Part shown: piece by piece, positions 1 to 9,245 of the stretch
How the letters are laid out: each line of letters opens with the position of its first letter
How positions within the stretch are numbered: the stretch's first letter is position 1
Assembly: GCA_964638585.1 (NCBI GenBank)
Contig: CAZXAN010000002.1
Span: forward strand, 9,291-73,290
DNA from: an uncultured Candidatus Saccharibacteria bacterium
GTDB taxonomy: Bacteria; Patescibacteriota; Minisyncoccia; Phycocordibacterales; Phycocordibacteraceae
Direction: 5' to 3'
DNA: 64,000 nt
Notes under the pieces: model-generated
Seen by the model: the letters and a program-made list of their open reading frames with translations, nothing else
The model's database searches: none
What the model was told of the DNA's origin: nothing
Program-made: the position numbers and the translations under genes

Positions 1-198
1 ACGAATATCAATGAGATGATGCGGGACTCCACGCATCTCTTCGGTTGTTATCTTCTCTGTACCTATGTCTAGCCCGCGATAGACCTGTCGTGAATCTACA
101 GAAATTATCTCGCCATTCCGCGCCAGCGCTTCTTCAATCGCGCGAGCAGACTTACCAGAGGCCGTGGGGCCAGCGATACAGACTATTTGTGTTGCCAT
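1..198 (-). CDS. miaA: tRNA dimethylallyltransferase MiaA, N-terminal 66 aa (partial, runs off left edge)
   Basis: Reverse-complement translation from ATG at 198-196: [65 protein letters not shown]; P-loop GPTASGKS plus [13 protein letters not shown] and VPHHLIDI blocks typical of MiaA. Confidence 0.7.
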   Translation of the reverse strand, partial: MATQIVCIAGPTASGKSARAIEEALARNGEIISVDSRQVYRGLDIGTEKITTEEMRGVPHHLIDIR

Positions 199-216
199 TA
201 GTCGCGATGGTATCAT

Positions 217-253
217 ACTAGAGCCTAGTACCTAAAGCCTAATTACCTAACAT
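217..253. repeat. GCCTA-heptad repeat block (right-arm type) immediately upstream of peroxiredoxin ATG
   Basis: ctaGAGCCTAgtaCCTAaaGCCTAattaCCTAacat; same unit family as 56474-56504 and 58583-58610. Confidence 0.4.
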
Positions 254-913
254 ATGAAAGAAACAAAAAGCAATTATTGTGAAGACTGTGGAGAGTTCCA
301 CGATTCTATCTGTGATCACGTGTCTTTGGTAAAGGTCGGAGAGCCTGTGCCAAGCTTTACGTTTGAGGCATATCACAATGACGAGATAAAAGAGATGAAC
401 CTATCGCAACTGCGCGGTAAGTGGGGAATACTAGTTTTCTATCCAGCCGACTTTACCTTTGTTTGCCCGACAGAGCTTGAGGAGCTGGCGAAGCTGTATC
501 CCAAATTTCAAGAGCTGAATGCCGAGATAATATCCTTCTCTACCGACACAGTGTTTACTCACAAGGCTTGGCACGACACCTCTGCTGGCATAAAAGAAAT
601 TAAGTATCCGATGGGTGCTGATCCTTCTGGCAAGATAGCAGAGGCGTTTGGAGTACTCATTGAGGGGGGTGGTATTGGGCTCACACCAGACGAGGGTCTA
701 GCTCTGCGTGGCACATTTATCGTTGACCCGTCTGGCATATTGCGCTCAATGGAGATAAATGACAACTCTATAGGGCGTAAGGGCGCTGAGACTCTGCGTA
801 AGCTACAAGCCGCGCAGTATGTTGAGACTCATAAAGGCAAAGTTTGTCCAGCTTCGTGGGAGCCAGGCTCTGACACTCTTGAACCAGGCCTTGGCTTGGT
901 GGGGAAGTTATAG
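254..913 (+). CDS. 2-Cys peroxiredoxin (AhpC/Tsa family) with N-terminal Cys/His-rich extension
   Basis: Peroxidatic motif FTFVCPTE, resolving VCP near C-terminus, GTFIVDP block; N-terminal CEDCGEFHDSICDH extension. Confidence 0.85.
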   Translation: MKETKSNYCEDCGEFHDSICDHVSLVKVGEPVPSFTFEAYHNDEIKEMNLSQLRGKWGILVFYPADFTFVCPTELEELAKLYPKFQELNAEIISFSTDTVFTHKAWHDTSAGIKEIKYPMGADPSGKIAEAFGVLIEGGGIGLTPDEGLALRGTFIVDPSGILRSMEINDNSIGRKGAETLRKLQAAQYVETHKGKVCPASWEPGSDTLEPGLGLVGKL

Positions 914-943
914 AAAACAAAATATGTGATAATCTCCAATTAG

Positions 944-1028
944 GCCGGGATGGCGGAATTGGCAGACGCACAGGATTCAAAACCCTGCGCCGCAAGGCAT
1001 GAGAGTTCGATTCTCTCTCCCGGCACCA
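944..1028 (+). tRNA. tRNA-Leu(CAA), long variable arm, CCA encoded
   Basis: Acceptor GCCGGGA/TCCCGGC, D-arm TGGCGGAATTGGCAGACGCA, anticodon loop TTCAAAA, long variable arm, T-arm GAGAG-TTCGATT-CTCTC, 3' ACCA. Confidence 0.85.
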
Positions 1029-1053
1029 TAATTGATGTGCTAAAATATTTTGT

Positions 1054-2034
1054 ATGAAAGATGATGCGGCGTACGTACCGACTAAATATGACTCGGTCTT
1101 TTGGATTGATGTGGACAAGATTGTCCCCAACCCGTACCAACCGAGGAAGGAGTTTAGCGAAGAGGGCTTGAAGTCTCTGGCCGAGAGCATTCGCCAATAT
1201 GGAGTCCTACAGCCACTCGTCGTGAGTCGTGGAGAAAAGGAGAAGCCGGAGGGCGGGCTAGAGAGCGTCTACGAGCTTATCGCGGGCGAGCGACGCCTGC
1301 GCGCGAGCAAGCTGGCTGGGTTAAAGCAAGTGCCTGTTGTGATCCGCTCTGGCGACAGCAATCTCACCAAACTGGAGCTCGCTATAATTGAGAACCTGCA
1401 GAGAGAAGATTTAAACGCAATTGATAGAGCTAAGGCCCTGCAAAAGCTCATTGACGAGTTTGGTATCTCGCACGCAGAGTGTGCGGCCAAGATCGGCAAG
1501 AGCCGAGAGTATGTATCTAATTCACTACGGTTGCTGTCTCTACCAGAACATATGCAAACGGCGATTGTAAGCAAAGAGATTAGCGAGGGGCATGCGCGTC
1601 CACTCATGGCGCTCAACGACCGTCCAGAAGAGCGCGAAACTCTTTTCAAAGAAATTATTTTAAGACGACTTAACGTACGTTCTGCCGAACGTATTGCGCG
1701 TTCAATAGCTCAAGAACGAGCTCATAAACACAATCGCAAATCACAAGATATAGTTGCTCTTGAAAAATCGCTTACAGAGACTCTCGGCACGCGAGTGATA
1801 ATAGAGACAAATGCAGAGGGAGGGTGTCTGCGCATAGACTTTTTCTCTCCAGATGATCTGCAACAGCTTGTTGATACTCTCGCAGTAGAGCGTGATGCTA
1901 AATCAGAGTCTGACAAACAACCGAACATATTCCCAAACACAACTCAATTAACTGACGACCCAGTACCACCTCCTGCGCCAGAAGAGAAGGACGGTGACAA
2001 TGAGTTATATTCTGTAAGCAACTTTAGCGTCTGA
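1054..2034 (+). CDS. parB: ParB/Spo0J-family partition protein with Pro-rich acidic C-terminal tail
   Basis: ParB box LIAGERRLRASKLAGL, HTH region, N-terminal DKIVPNPYQPR; no parA in window. Confidence 0.8.
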   Translation: MKDDAAYVPTKYDSVFWIDVDKIVPNPYQPRKEFSEEGLKSLAESIRQYGVLQPLVVSRGEKEKPEGGLESVYELIAGERRLRASKLAGLKQVPVVIRSGDSNLTKLELAIIENLQREDLNAIDRAKALQKLIDEFGISHAECAAKIGKSREYVSNSLRLLSLPEHMQTAIVSKEISEGHARPLMALNDRPEERETLFKEIILRRLNVRSAERIARSIAQERAHKHNRKSQDIVALEKSLTETLGTRVIIETNAEGGCLRIDFFSPDDLQQLVDTLAVERDAKSESDKQPNIFPNTTQLTDDPVPPPAPEEKDGDNELYSVSNFSV

Positions 2035-2043
2035 TTATTTAAA

Positions 2044-3624
2044 TCACGTTTTCTTAGCTTTATTGGCTGGTTTTGTCTGTTCTGTCATACCGAGTGCAGA
2101 GCGGATGTGTCTACGCGCGAGAGAAGTTTTGGCTATCTCTAGCCACTTGGTTGACGGGTGTGCAGAGTCTCTCCTGATTATCTCTACAACTTCTCCGTTG
2201 CCGAGTGCAGTGTCAAACGAGACGAGCTTGCCATTGACCTTTGCGCCTTGCAGGTGGTCACCAAGGTCACTGTGTATCGCGTATGCAAAGTCTATCGGCG
2301 TAGACGCCGCTGGCAGGTCTATCACATCTCCCTTTGGAGTAAAGACGAATACGCGATGAGAAAAGAAGTCCTCCTTCAATCCCTCTACAAACTCTTGAGA
2401 GCCAGCGATGTCGGTGTGCGCTTCAGCGAGCTCAGCGAGCCACTCTGGCGCCTTGAGCGCTCCCTCTACTCTGTTTCCATTTTCTTTTTTCGTAAATCTC
2501 ATTAGCGATGGGATAAGTGAGCGCACCCAAGTGAAGGAGAGCGATGAAAACCTGCTTTTCTGTTCGCTTTTTTCAAGATTTTCTATACCTTTACCAAGCT
2601 GTTTATACGACATATGCGATGCGATACCGAACTGCGCATCGCGATGCATATCTTCTGTTCGTATCTGTATCTCTACGATGCCTGCGTTTGGTGTCACGAC
2701 TGTTGTGTGTAGAGACTGATAACCGTTTGGCTTGGGGAAGGCGATATAGTCTTTAAATTCTCCAGGTAGTGGTTTGTAAAGCGCGTGTACTATGCCAAGC
2801 GCCGCGTAACAATCTTCAACTCGCGGTACTATAAGGCGTAGTGCGGCGATATCGTGAATTAGCGTTATGTCATCATTTTTTCTCTGCAATTTCTGATGCA
2901 AGCTCCACAGCCCCTTCATACGAATAGAAGTTTTAAATTCTTTGATATCTTTTCGCATCAGCTCGCGCTTTATGTCCTTTTGTATTTGGATCAAACCGTC
3001 TTCGGTCTCTTTTGTCTTCAGTTTGCGCACCTCGGCTGTGTGAACAGCTGCGTCTGGGTCTACATAAGGGAACGCGAGATCCTCTAGCGCACGCTTCATA
3101 CGCCCCATACCAAGACGGTCTGCGATTGGCGCGTATATCTCAAGAGTTTCTAGCGCGATGCGCTTACGCTTGTGTTCTGGCACGTGCTCAAGTGTCTGCA
3201 TATTGTGTTCGCGGTCTGCGAGCTTCACTATTAGCACACGGATGTCGCTCGCTGTCGCAACAAGCAAGCGACGCAAGCTCTCTGCGTGGCGTTCTGCACC
3301 GCGATATTTGTGAGTGCCGAGCTTGGTAACTCCGTCAACGATAAAGAGAAGTTCTTTGCCGAATTCTTTTTCCATTTCTTCACGAGACACGCGACCATCC
3401 TCAACAGCGTCATGGAGTAGACCGGCGGCAATAGTCGTCGCGTCCATGCCGTATTCAGCGAGCGTCTTGGCTGTTGCAGCTGGGTGTATGAAGTACGGTT
3501 CGCCAGAGTAGCGCTTCTGCCCATCGTGAGCCTTTTTAGAAAATTCGTACGCCTTTTCTACTACTGCTACATCTCCCTCAGTCGGGCTAACCATCTCGGC
3601 GACAATATCCTTGACTGGTGTCAT
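2044..3624 (-). CDS. rel: Short bifunctional (p)ppGpp synthetase/hydrolase Rel (HD + synthetase + TGS, no ACT domain)
   Basis: HD hydrolase block HDAVEDG, synthetase block (DIAALRLIV, YQSLHTTV), TGS-like VFVFTPKGDVIDLP; only 526 aa. Confidence 0.85.
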   Translation of the reverse strand: MTPVKDIVAEMVSPTEGDVAVVEKAYEFSKKAHDGQKRYSGEPYFIHPAATAKTLAEYGMDATTIAAGLLHDAVEDGRVSREEMEKEFGKELLFIVDGVTKLGTHKYRGAERHAESLRRLLVATASDIRVLIVKLADREHNMQTLEHVPEHKRKRIALETLEIYAPIADRLGMGRMKRALEDLAFPYVDPDAAVHTAEVRKLKTKETEDGLIQIQKDIKRELMRKDIKEFKTSIRMKGLWSLHQKLQRKNDDITLIHDIAALRLIVPRVEDCYAALGIVHALYKPLPGEFKDYIAFPKPNGYQSLHTTVVTPNAGIVEIQIRTEDMHRDAQFGIASHMSYKQLGKGIENLEKSEQKSRFSSLSFTWVRSLIPSLMRFTKKENGNRVEGALKAPEWLAELAEAHTDIAGSQEFVEGLKEDFFSHRVFVFTPKGDVIDLPAASTPIDFAYAIHSDLGDHLQGAKVNGKLVSFDTALGNGEVVEIIRRDSAHPSTKWLEIAKTSLARRHIRSALGMTEQTKPANKAKKT

Positions 3625-3660
3625 AGGTTAGTACTATACACCACGTTAGGGCTGTGTTAA

Positions 3661-3701
3661 GCAACAAAAAGCGCTCGCCAATGGCGAGCGCTTTTTGTTG
3701 C
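3661..3701 (-). terminator. Perfect hairpin GCAACAAAAAGCGCTCGCC-aat-GGCGAGCGCTTTTTGTTGC downstream of csp
   Basis: 19-bp inverted repeat with T/A runs on both sides; acts as rho-independent terminator for minus-strand csp. Confidence 0.6.
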
Positions 3702-3714
3702 TTAGTTTAATTGC

Positions 3715-3924
3715 TTAAACCTTGCTGACGCCTAGGGCGTTCGGGCCCTTTGGGCTGTCTCCGATAGTGAAAGAAACCTTGTCGCCCTCCTGGAGCTCAT
3801 CGAACGAAATGTTCTGGAGCTCGTTGGAATGGAAGAAAAGATCCTTTGCGCCTTCTGCGGCGCCATCGACTTTAATAAAGCCGAAGCCCTTATCGTTTTT
3901 CTTGATTACTATGCCGTTTTGCAT
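3715..3924 (-). CDS. csp: Cold-shock protein (CspA family)
   Basis: KGFGFI (RNP1) and DLFFH (RNP2-like) motifs, 69 aa. Confidence 0.85.
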   Translation of the reverse strand: MQNGIVIKKNDKGFGFIKVDGAAEGAKDLFFHSNELQNISFDELQEGDKVSFTIGDSPKGPNALGVSKV

Positions 3925-4088
3925 AACTATAGATTTAGATAATTGCGTGTCTAATGTATCAAATCAGTAGCCGAAGTTAGAAGCTCGATCCCACTTCTCT
4001 GGATCCAGCGCTGGTTGATTTGTCTAGAATAGCAGATGGGCTCTTTTTTGTCAAGCCTTTTCTTATGTGCGTCTCGTTCACGTAAAAG

Positions 4089-4790
4089 ATGGTTTGCATG
4101 CTACAATTTTTCAAAATGCACCAAGAAGAAGCTTTCACATTCAGAGATTTGTTCAGACGCGACCGATTGCCCTCGCTTATCACAGCGTTTGCTCTACTCG
4201 GCGTGGCTTACACCTTTGAGCACTATGCAAATGTATACGCTTTTATCTATACAGAACGCTCTACAACTACACACGTAGGCGATTTTATCTTAGACGGTAT
4301 CCCAGCTATTGATCTCAACTTTATAATAATTGAAGTGGCTCTGTTCGCGATTGTAATCGGCACGGCATATGTGATCTCTAAGCCAAGGTACCTTGTGTTT
4401 ACGCTCAAAGCGATTGCACTCTTCATAATTATCCGCGCAATATTTATTTCTCTCACGCACGTTGGCATCCACCCAGAAAATATAGCTCCGGGACGTGGGT
4501 TCTTTGACGCTATTTACTTATATCTCCATTTTCAAACCGGACTATTCTTCTCTGGCCACACTGGGTTACCATTTTTAATTGCACTTATATTCTGGAAGAA
4601 GCCTGTCGTGCGCAATATACTTTTGTTACTATCGCTTGTCTTCGCCGCTGCTGTTCTCTTGGCGCATGTGCACTACTCTATAGATGTATTCGCTGCTCCG
4701 TTTATGGCATACGGCATCTACCGCATCGCACGATACTTTTTCCCCAAGGACCACGAGCTTATTGAAAAAGATACAGTGTTTAAGGAGTAA
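4089..4790 (+). CDS. PAP2-superfamily-like integral membrane protein
   Basis: Multi-TM; motifs resembling PAP2 signature: ISKPRY, FFSGHTG, LAHVHYSIDVF (H..D). Confidence 0.45.
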   Translation: MVCMLQFFKMHQEEAFTFRDLFRRDRLPSLITAFALLGVAYTFEHYANVYAFIYTERSTTTHVGDFILDGIPAIDLNFIIIEVALFAIVIGTAYVISKPRYLVFTLKAIALFIIIRAIFISLTHVGIHPENIAPGRGFFDAIYLYLHFQTGLFFSGHTGLPFLIALIFWKKPVVRNILLLLSLVFAAAVLLAHVHYSIDVFAAPFMAYGIYRIARYFFPKDHELIEKDTVFKE

Positions 4791-4792
4791 TT

Positions 4793-5788
4793 TTATTTGC
4801 CACGGCCGAAGTATTTTTTGAGAAGAGCGACATGCTCTGCATACGTCTGCGAACAGTGGAATCGTCTAGCCGAATCGTGGAAGTAGAAGATGCAAGAAGT
4901 ATTTCTAGGATTAAGGGCTGCTAGCACAGACGCAACTGACGGGTTAGAGATAGGTGTAGGTGGCAGTCCCTTGTTGAGATATGTATTATATGGCGACTTG
5001 CGAGATATATCTCTAGGTGGGACAACCTTTGGCCACCAGCCTGCGCCCTTTACGCTATTCGCTTTGGCGTACTGTAGTGTTGCGTCTATTTGTAAGGGCA
5101 TGTTTATAAAAAGTCTGTTCCAGATGATTCCAGATATGAGGCGTCTATCGTCAGCACCGCCAGCCTCTCTCTCAATCATAGAGGCGATAGAGAGAGCCTG
5201 CTCAAGAGGGACAATTTGCGCAATGGTCTCACTATATCGCGAGAGGATGTCGTTATAGAATCGTTCATTTACAAGAGCCTGTGCCTCTATTGGTGTTGTG
5301 TTGGGCGTGACTAGGTATACGCCTGGAGAGAAAGAGCCTTCTATAAGTGGTAGAGATTCGTCTGGTCTCGCAGTTAGGAATTCTTTTTTCTGTATCGCGC
5401 TCCACGAGAGAACCTTTGCAAATGCGTTTGCCACCTGTTCTTTGCGCATACCAGCAGTGATTTTAACAAAGCGTCCGTCTACTCCCGCGATGCTCTGATA
5501 GAAGGGTATCTCACTAATCGCTATAGCGACCCAGTCAAACACGCTAGAAAATATTTCTGCCATGTTACCAGTGGCAGCTTGGAGTGGCGAATTTTGATTT
5601 TCAAAAAATGTGTTCACGTCAGCATTCTCAACTATCACTCTATTCTTTGGGTCAACAGTGACAGGGAACTGTTCTGAATATGCAGTTATACTGCTGTCAC
5701 TCTGAACATTTGATGCAAGGATTATAGGCAGAGAGAACATTACTACAGTAAACAAAACGACTATTAAAACTATTAGACCAGTCCTCAT
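4793..5788 (-). CDS. mltG: Endolytic murein transglycosylase MltG (YceG family)
   Basis: N-terminal TM, YNTYLNKGLPPTPISNPS motif typical of MltG, overall YceG architecture. Confidence 0.75.
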   Translation of the reverse strand: MRTGLIVLIVVLFTVVMFSLPIILASNVQSDSSITAYSEQFPVTVDPKNRVIVENADVNTFFENQNSPLQAATGNMAEIFSSVFDWVAIAISEIPFYQSIAGVDGRFVKITAGMRKEQVANAFAKVLSWSAIQKKEFLTARPDESLPLIEGSFSPGVYLVTPNTTPIEAQALVNERFYNDILSRYSETIAQIVPLEQALSIASMIEREAGGADDRRLISGIIWNRLFINMPLQIDATLQYAKANSVKGAGWWPKVVPPRDISRKSPYNTYLNKGLPPTPISNPSVASVLAALNPRNTSCIFYFHDSARRFHCSQTYAEHVALLKKYFGRGK

Positions 5789-5816
5789 GTACGACTATTA
5801 TACCTCATTAGGTTGG

Positions 5817-6050
5817 TTATGAGGTTCTTGTTTTTGAGGTTATCCAATCCATGACTTTTTTGCGATGCTGGTCTAGCGACCACAAGCCATCGCTCTTGAA
5901 GAGGCTGGAATGAAACTTTTTAAATTCTCGCAGTAGAGCGAGCGTAGCTCGCGGGAATTGGGAAGGCAGGTCGTCATTATATGACTTCATAAACTCGCCA
6001 AAAGAGAGCGATTTCTCGCTCCGTATCTTATCTAGATCAGGCGCTTTCAT
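5817..6050 (-). CDS. Hypothetical small protein
   Basis: 77-aa ORF in correct context, no recognisable motif. Confidence 0.3.
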   Translation of the reverse strand: MKAPDLDKIRSEKSLSFGEFMKSYNDDLPSQFPRATLALLREFKKFHSSLFKSDGLWSLDQHRKKVMDWITSKTRTS

Positions 6051-6136
6051 TGGCTCTAGTATACCATAAACCTAAGGAAATGAAAAGTCGTCCGCCAACG
6101 ACCTTTCATTGGTAGACGACCTTGTCTGCGTTTTAA

Positions 6137-6517
6137 TCATCTCCTCCTTACCATTGACCACTTACGGAATGAGCAGAGCGAGTAAAAGATTGCCTCGTCT
6201 GCATGTCCATTATCGCTCAGAATCCCGACGAGCTTTTTGGCAAATTCTGCTGTGGCCCGCTGCGCAGACGGAGTTCCTGCGAGATGAGTGCCTAACTCCA
6301 TTTCAGCACAGTACTCGTAGGTAATCGCGATAAGTGCCGGGCTCTCCTCTTTATTGTAGGTAAGTGGCAAAAGGAGCTTTGAGTCAATCAGGCGTGACAA
6401 CTTGATGACGTCGTTCGCGTCCGGCTCCTCGGTTGAGAGTGTCGTACACGCTGAAATAAGTAACGCTGCTGCGATAGTGACTATTCTAACGAACGTTTTC
6501 ATTTGCGTGCTCCCCAT
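6137..6517 (-). CDS. Hypothetical lipoprotein (probable start at internal Met, MKTFVRI...)
   Basis: Signal peptide with lipobox LLISAC. Confidence 0.4.
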   Translation of the reverse strand: MGSTQMKTFVRIVTIAAALLISACTTLSTEEPDANDVIKLSRLIDSKLLLPLTYNKEESPALIAITYEYCAEMELGTHLAGTPSAQRATAEFAKKLVGILSDNGHADEAIFYSLCSFRKWSMVRRR

Positions 6518-6612
6518 GACGTTTAACTGCGGAACTGCTCGGTTATGAATCTATTGTTTGGAATATCATTTTTTAACACAAAAATCAATGACGGATACTG
6601 TATAAAAAACAG

Positions 6613-6656
6613 AGAACCCGTTTGACCGAAGCCTTGCGGGTTTCTGGTCAAACGGG
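6613..6656 (-). terminator. Rho-independent terminator (13-bp stem AACCCGTTTGACC/GGTCAAACGGGTT) followed on the transcribed strand by CTCTGTTTTTTATAC
   Basis: Immediately downstream of stop of 6658-7347 gene; tail sequence shared with terminator at 7443-7490. Confidence 0.5.
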
Positions 6657-6657
6657 T

Positions 6658-7347
6658 TTAGTAACGGGAGCGTATGAGATTTATTTTGTCCCGCAGTTGC
6701 TTGTTTCCTTTGTGCAATACCCGGTCCACTATTCTAACTTGATGGTGAATCTTATCCTGGGTAAATCCTCCAAGCAATATCCCTATCTGCAAGGACGAGA
6801 CTTTCGCATCAATCCTTAGTAAATACATAAGGACTTGCTGCGGCAGGGTAACGTTGATAGCCATTCCGTCCCATTCGAGTAAAGACTCTGGCCGCACCAA
6901 GCACGCATCGCAGACGAGACCAATAACCTTGCTCATCTGCGGTACGCAGCTGGCTTTGACCATGGGTGCCGGGGACAGCTCTACTTTTTCGACAGTCGGT
7001 TGGACCGTTTTGGGCTTAGCTATTGACGGTTGCGGTCTGGCTGTTTTAAGAGTGAACCTAGTCAGTGGCAGGATAAAAACCTTGATGGGTTTAACTACGG
7101 GCACCGAGGGTTTAGCAACTTCTATCGGTGCGGTTTGCAGAACGGTTGTGATCGTTTCCTGCTTCGGCAACACGTGACGTGCTCGTAACAGTTCAAGTGC
7201 TTCTTGTTGCGCCTGAATGCTCCGATGCGATAAACATTTGCCGGTATTGTTATAGCGGTTAAGAGGCGCACCGCACTCGCGACAGCATTTTTGGGGAGGC
7301 CTCGGCGGGCCATCGTCCCCGCTCCAATCAAAGATCTCATATGCCAT
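6658..7347 (-). CDS. Hypothetical protein: N-terminal zinc-ribbon (CCRECG...CLSH), Pro/Lys-rich linker, conserved-looking C-terminal domain
   Basis: 229-aa ORF flanked on both sides by TATAAAAACAGAGAACCCGTTT terminator modules. Confidence 0.4.
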   Translation of the reverse strand: MAYEIFDWSGDDGPPRPPQKCCRECGAPLNRYNNTGKCLSHRSIQAQQEALELLRARHVLPKQETITTVLQTAPIEVAKPSVPVVKPIKVFILPLTRFTLKTARPQPSIAKPKTVQPTVEKVELSPAPMVKASCVPQMSKVIGLVCDACLVRPESLLEWDGMAINVTLPQQVLMYLLRIDAKVSSLQIGILLGGFTQDKIHHQVRIVDRVLHKGNKQLRDKINLIRSRY

Positions 7348-7442
7348 GATTCTGCACTCCCGTGTCTGCTGGTTTGCCCTGCTAAAGATGACCCATGAGG
7401 ATTATTAATCGCGAATCAACAGAAGTCAAGTTAGTTTTTAGT

Positions 7443-7490
7443 ATAAAAACAGAGAACCCGTTTAGAGATTAGTGCTGGTTCTGTTTCCGT
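7443..7490 (-). terminator. Rho-independent terminator sharing the TATAAAAACAGAGAACCCGTTT module with 6597-6620
   Basis: Imperfect hairpin AACAGAACC...GGTTCTCTGTT then T-run on transcribed strand, directly after stop of 7469-7906 gene. Confidence 0.4.
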
Positions 7491-7906
7491 CTCCTTATCT
7501 TTTCGCGTTCGGCTGCGATCTTAGTGCGAACTCTCTGTTTGAGGGCGGCGGCCTTTTGTGAGGCATGCCAACCAAGGACGCTCATAACTATGTTTAGTAT
7601 TAAAACAAAACTCAAGTATAGTATGAAAGACTTTTCTGAAATCGCTGGCGCGAGGATAAAAAATGTCGGCAAGAAGCTAATCATGCCGACTACTACGTCC
7701 ATGAACCTGTTTGTAGGAGCTTCTTCTATATGCACCAACATTTCCCACATCTCGTATGCGATAAGTAAGAGTAGAGTAATGATGACTGATGCAAGCGCTT
7801 CAATCTGTAAAAAGTAAATGCAGAGTCCTATAGATATGCCGGAAAGGAAGTGTACGACACTCCACATGTCTAGCCACTTACCTTCGCGCCAAATGTCGGT
7901 TCTCAT
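7469..7906 (-). CDS. Hypothetical 4-TM membrane protein with basic C-terminal tail
   Basis: Hydrophobic segments; KIRRRKQNQH tail. Confidence 0.4.
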   Translation of the reverse strand: MRTDIWREGKWLDMWSVVHFLSGISIGLCIYFLQIEALASVIITLLLLIAYEMWEMLVHIEEAPTNRFMDVVVGMISFLPTFFILAPAISEKSFILYLSFVLILNIVMSVLGWHASQKAAALKQRVRTKIAAEREKIRRRKQNQH

Positions 7907-7931
7907 AGGTTTGTATTATACTGCAAATCTA

Positions 7932-8741
7932 ATGAAAAGATTCGTGGTATTGGATAAAAAAGTTGGTGAGACGCCACTTATGGCAGTGCAGGAGTGGAAG
8001 AGACAGAACCAAGAGTACATAAGTGTGCCGGCCAGCTACGCTGGCCGGCTAGACCCTATGGCCTCTGGCAAGCTACTTATTCTTCTTGGCGACGAGTGTA
8101 AGCGACAAAAGGCGTATACAAATTTAGATAAAGAATATGAGACTGAAGTATTGCTTGGGGTCGGTAGCGATACAGGAGACGTGCTCGGTATGCCGACGAT
8201 CTCAGACAAGCATGCTGATGTAAGTGAAATAAAGAGAGTATTAGATAATGAGCTCGGCGCGCACTCGCGAAGCTACCCAGCGTTCTCATCAAAGACCGTA
8301 AATGGCAAACCGCTTTTCTTACACACACTAGAAGGTTCGCTTTCGCATATGGAAGTGCCGGAACATGTAGAGAGAATTTTTAAAATAAAGAATGTTGGCA
8401 CATATACAGTTTCAAATTCTGAATTGGAAAGAAGAGTATTAGATCTTTTGGCGCTAGTCCCGCGCACAGACGAACCGTCTAAGAGGCTTGGAGAAGACTT
8501 CCGCGTAGATGCTATCCGCGAACAATGGAGACGGCTATTTCAAACTACATCGGAGAGAAATTTTACCGTGCTCCGTCTGGATGTGGTTTGCGCCTCCGGG
8601 ACCTACATGCGCTCCTTATCTGGTCGTATTGGCGAGTCGCTTGACACCAAGGCGCTCGCGCTTTCCATCAGAAGGACGAAGATAGGGAAGTATGTTCACC
8701 TCTGGTGCGGATTAGGTTGCTGGGTACGCTCATATAAGTAA
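7932..8741 (+). CDS. truB: tRNA pseudouridine(55) synthase TruB
   Basis: AGRLDPMASGKLLILLG catalytic-Asp block, C-terminal ASGTYMRSL; start moved to ATG 7932 (track start 7818 overlaps upstream gene). Confidence 0.8.
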   Translation: MKRFVVLDKKVGETPLMAVQEWKRQNQEYISVPASYAGRLDPMASGKLLILLGDECKRQKAYTNLDKEYETEVLLGVGSDTGDVLGMPTISDKHADVSEIKRVLDNELGAHSRSYPAFSSKTVNGKPLFLHTLEGSLSHMEVPEHVERIFKIKNVGTYTVSNSELERRVLDLLALVPRTDEPSKRLGEDFRVDAIREQWRRLFQTTSERNFTVLRLDVVCASGTYMRSLSGRIGESLDTKALALSIRRTKIGKYVHLWCGLGCWVRSYK

Positions 8742-8746
8742 ACGAG

Positions 8747-8778
8747 TAGTCCACTCCCCGAAAGGAGTGGACTTTTTC
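8747..8778 (+). terminator. Hairpin AGTCCACTCC-ccgaaa-GGAGTGGACT + TTTTTCT after truB
   Basis: 10-bp stem, T-run. Confidence 0.55.
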
Positions 8779-8800
8779 TGAGGTTCCGCCAGGAGTCCCT

Positions 8801-8992
8801 TCAGCGAGCGCGTGGGTACCGGATGCGAATCAGCGCGGTAAGTGGCTTGGGCAGAGGGTGACTATAATTCTCGTATCGCGAACCGGCACTCTGCGTGACG
8901 CCGAATTGTGTCCAGAATTCCGTTTGATTCAGTCCTGTGCGTGCGCGCAGGTTCTGTACCAGAAGGATTCCTCTGAAATCAAAACTTTTCAT
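8801..8992 (-). CDS. Small XRE-like HTH protein (tentative)
   Basis: LRARTGLNQTEFWTQFGVTQSAGSRYE resembles Cro/C1 HTH. Confidence 0.35.
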   Translation of the reverse strand: MKSFDFRGILLVQNLRARTGLNQTEFWTQFGVTQSAGSRYENYSHPLPKPLTALIRIRYPRAR

Positions 8993-9245
8993 TTGTGCAA
9001 TTCCTTAAAATATTGTGAATCGACAATACTTCGCTCATACATCTGTCAGACATGTTATATCCTGCCCGTCAGAGAGTAAAGAAGAAGATGCGGCTAGATG
9101 GGGGTCTTATGTTTAATAAACAAAAACCACTCACGAAGAGGGGTTCTTGTCCCTTTTTGCGAGTGGTTGACCGCCTAGGCGGTTTTGAATGCGTTGTCGA
9201 GTGCGAGTTCAGCTGCGTTTCTGGTCTCGAAATAGGTAGTCGTTG

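Noticed and set aside
768-1197. Minus-strand ORFs 768-1190 and 940-1197
   Set aside because: They lie antisense across tRNA-Leu and the start of parB. Their composition is not protein-like.
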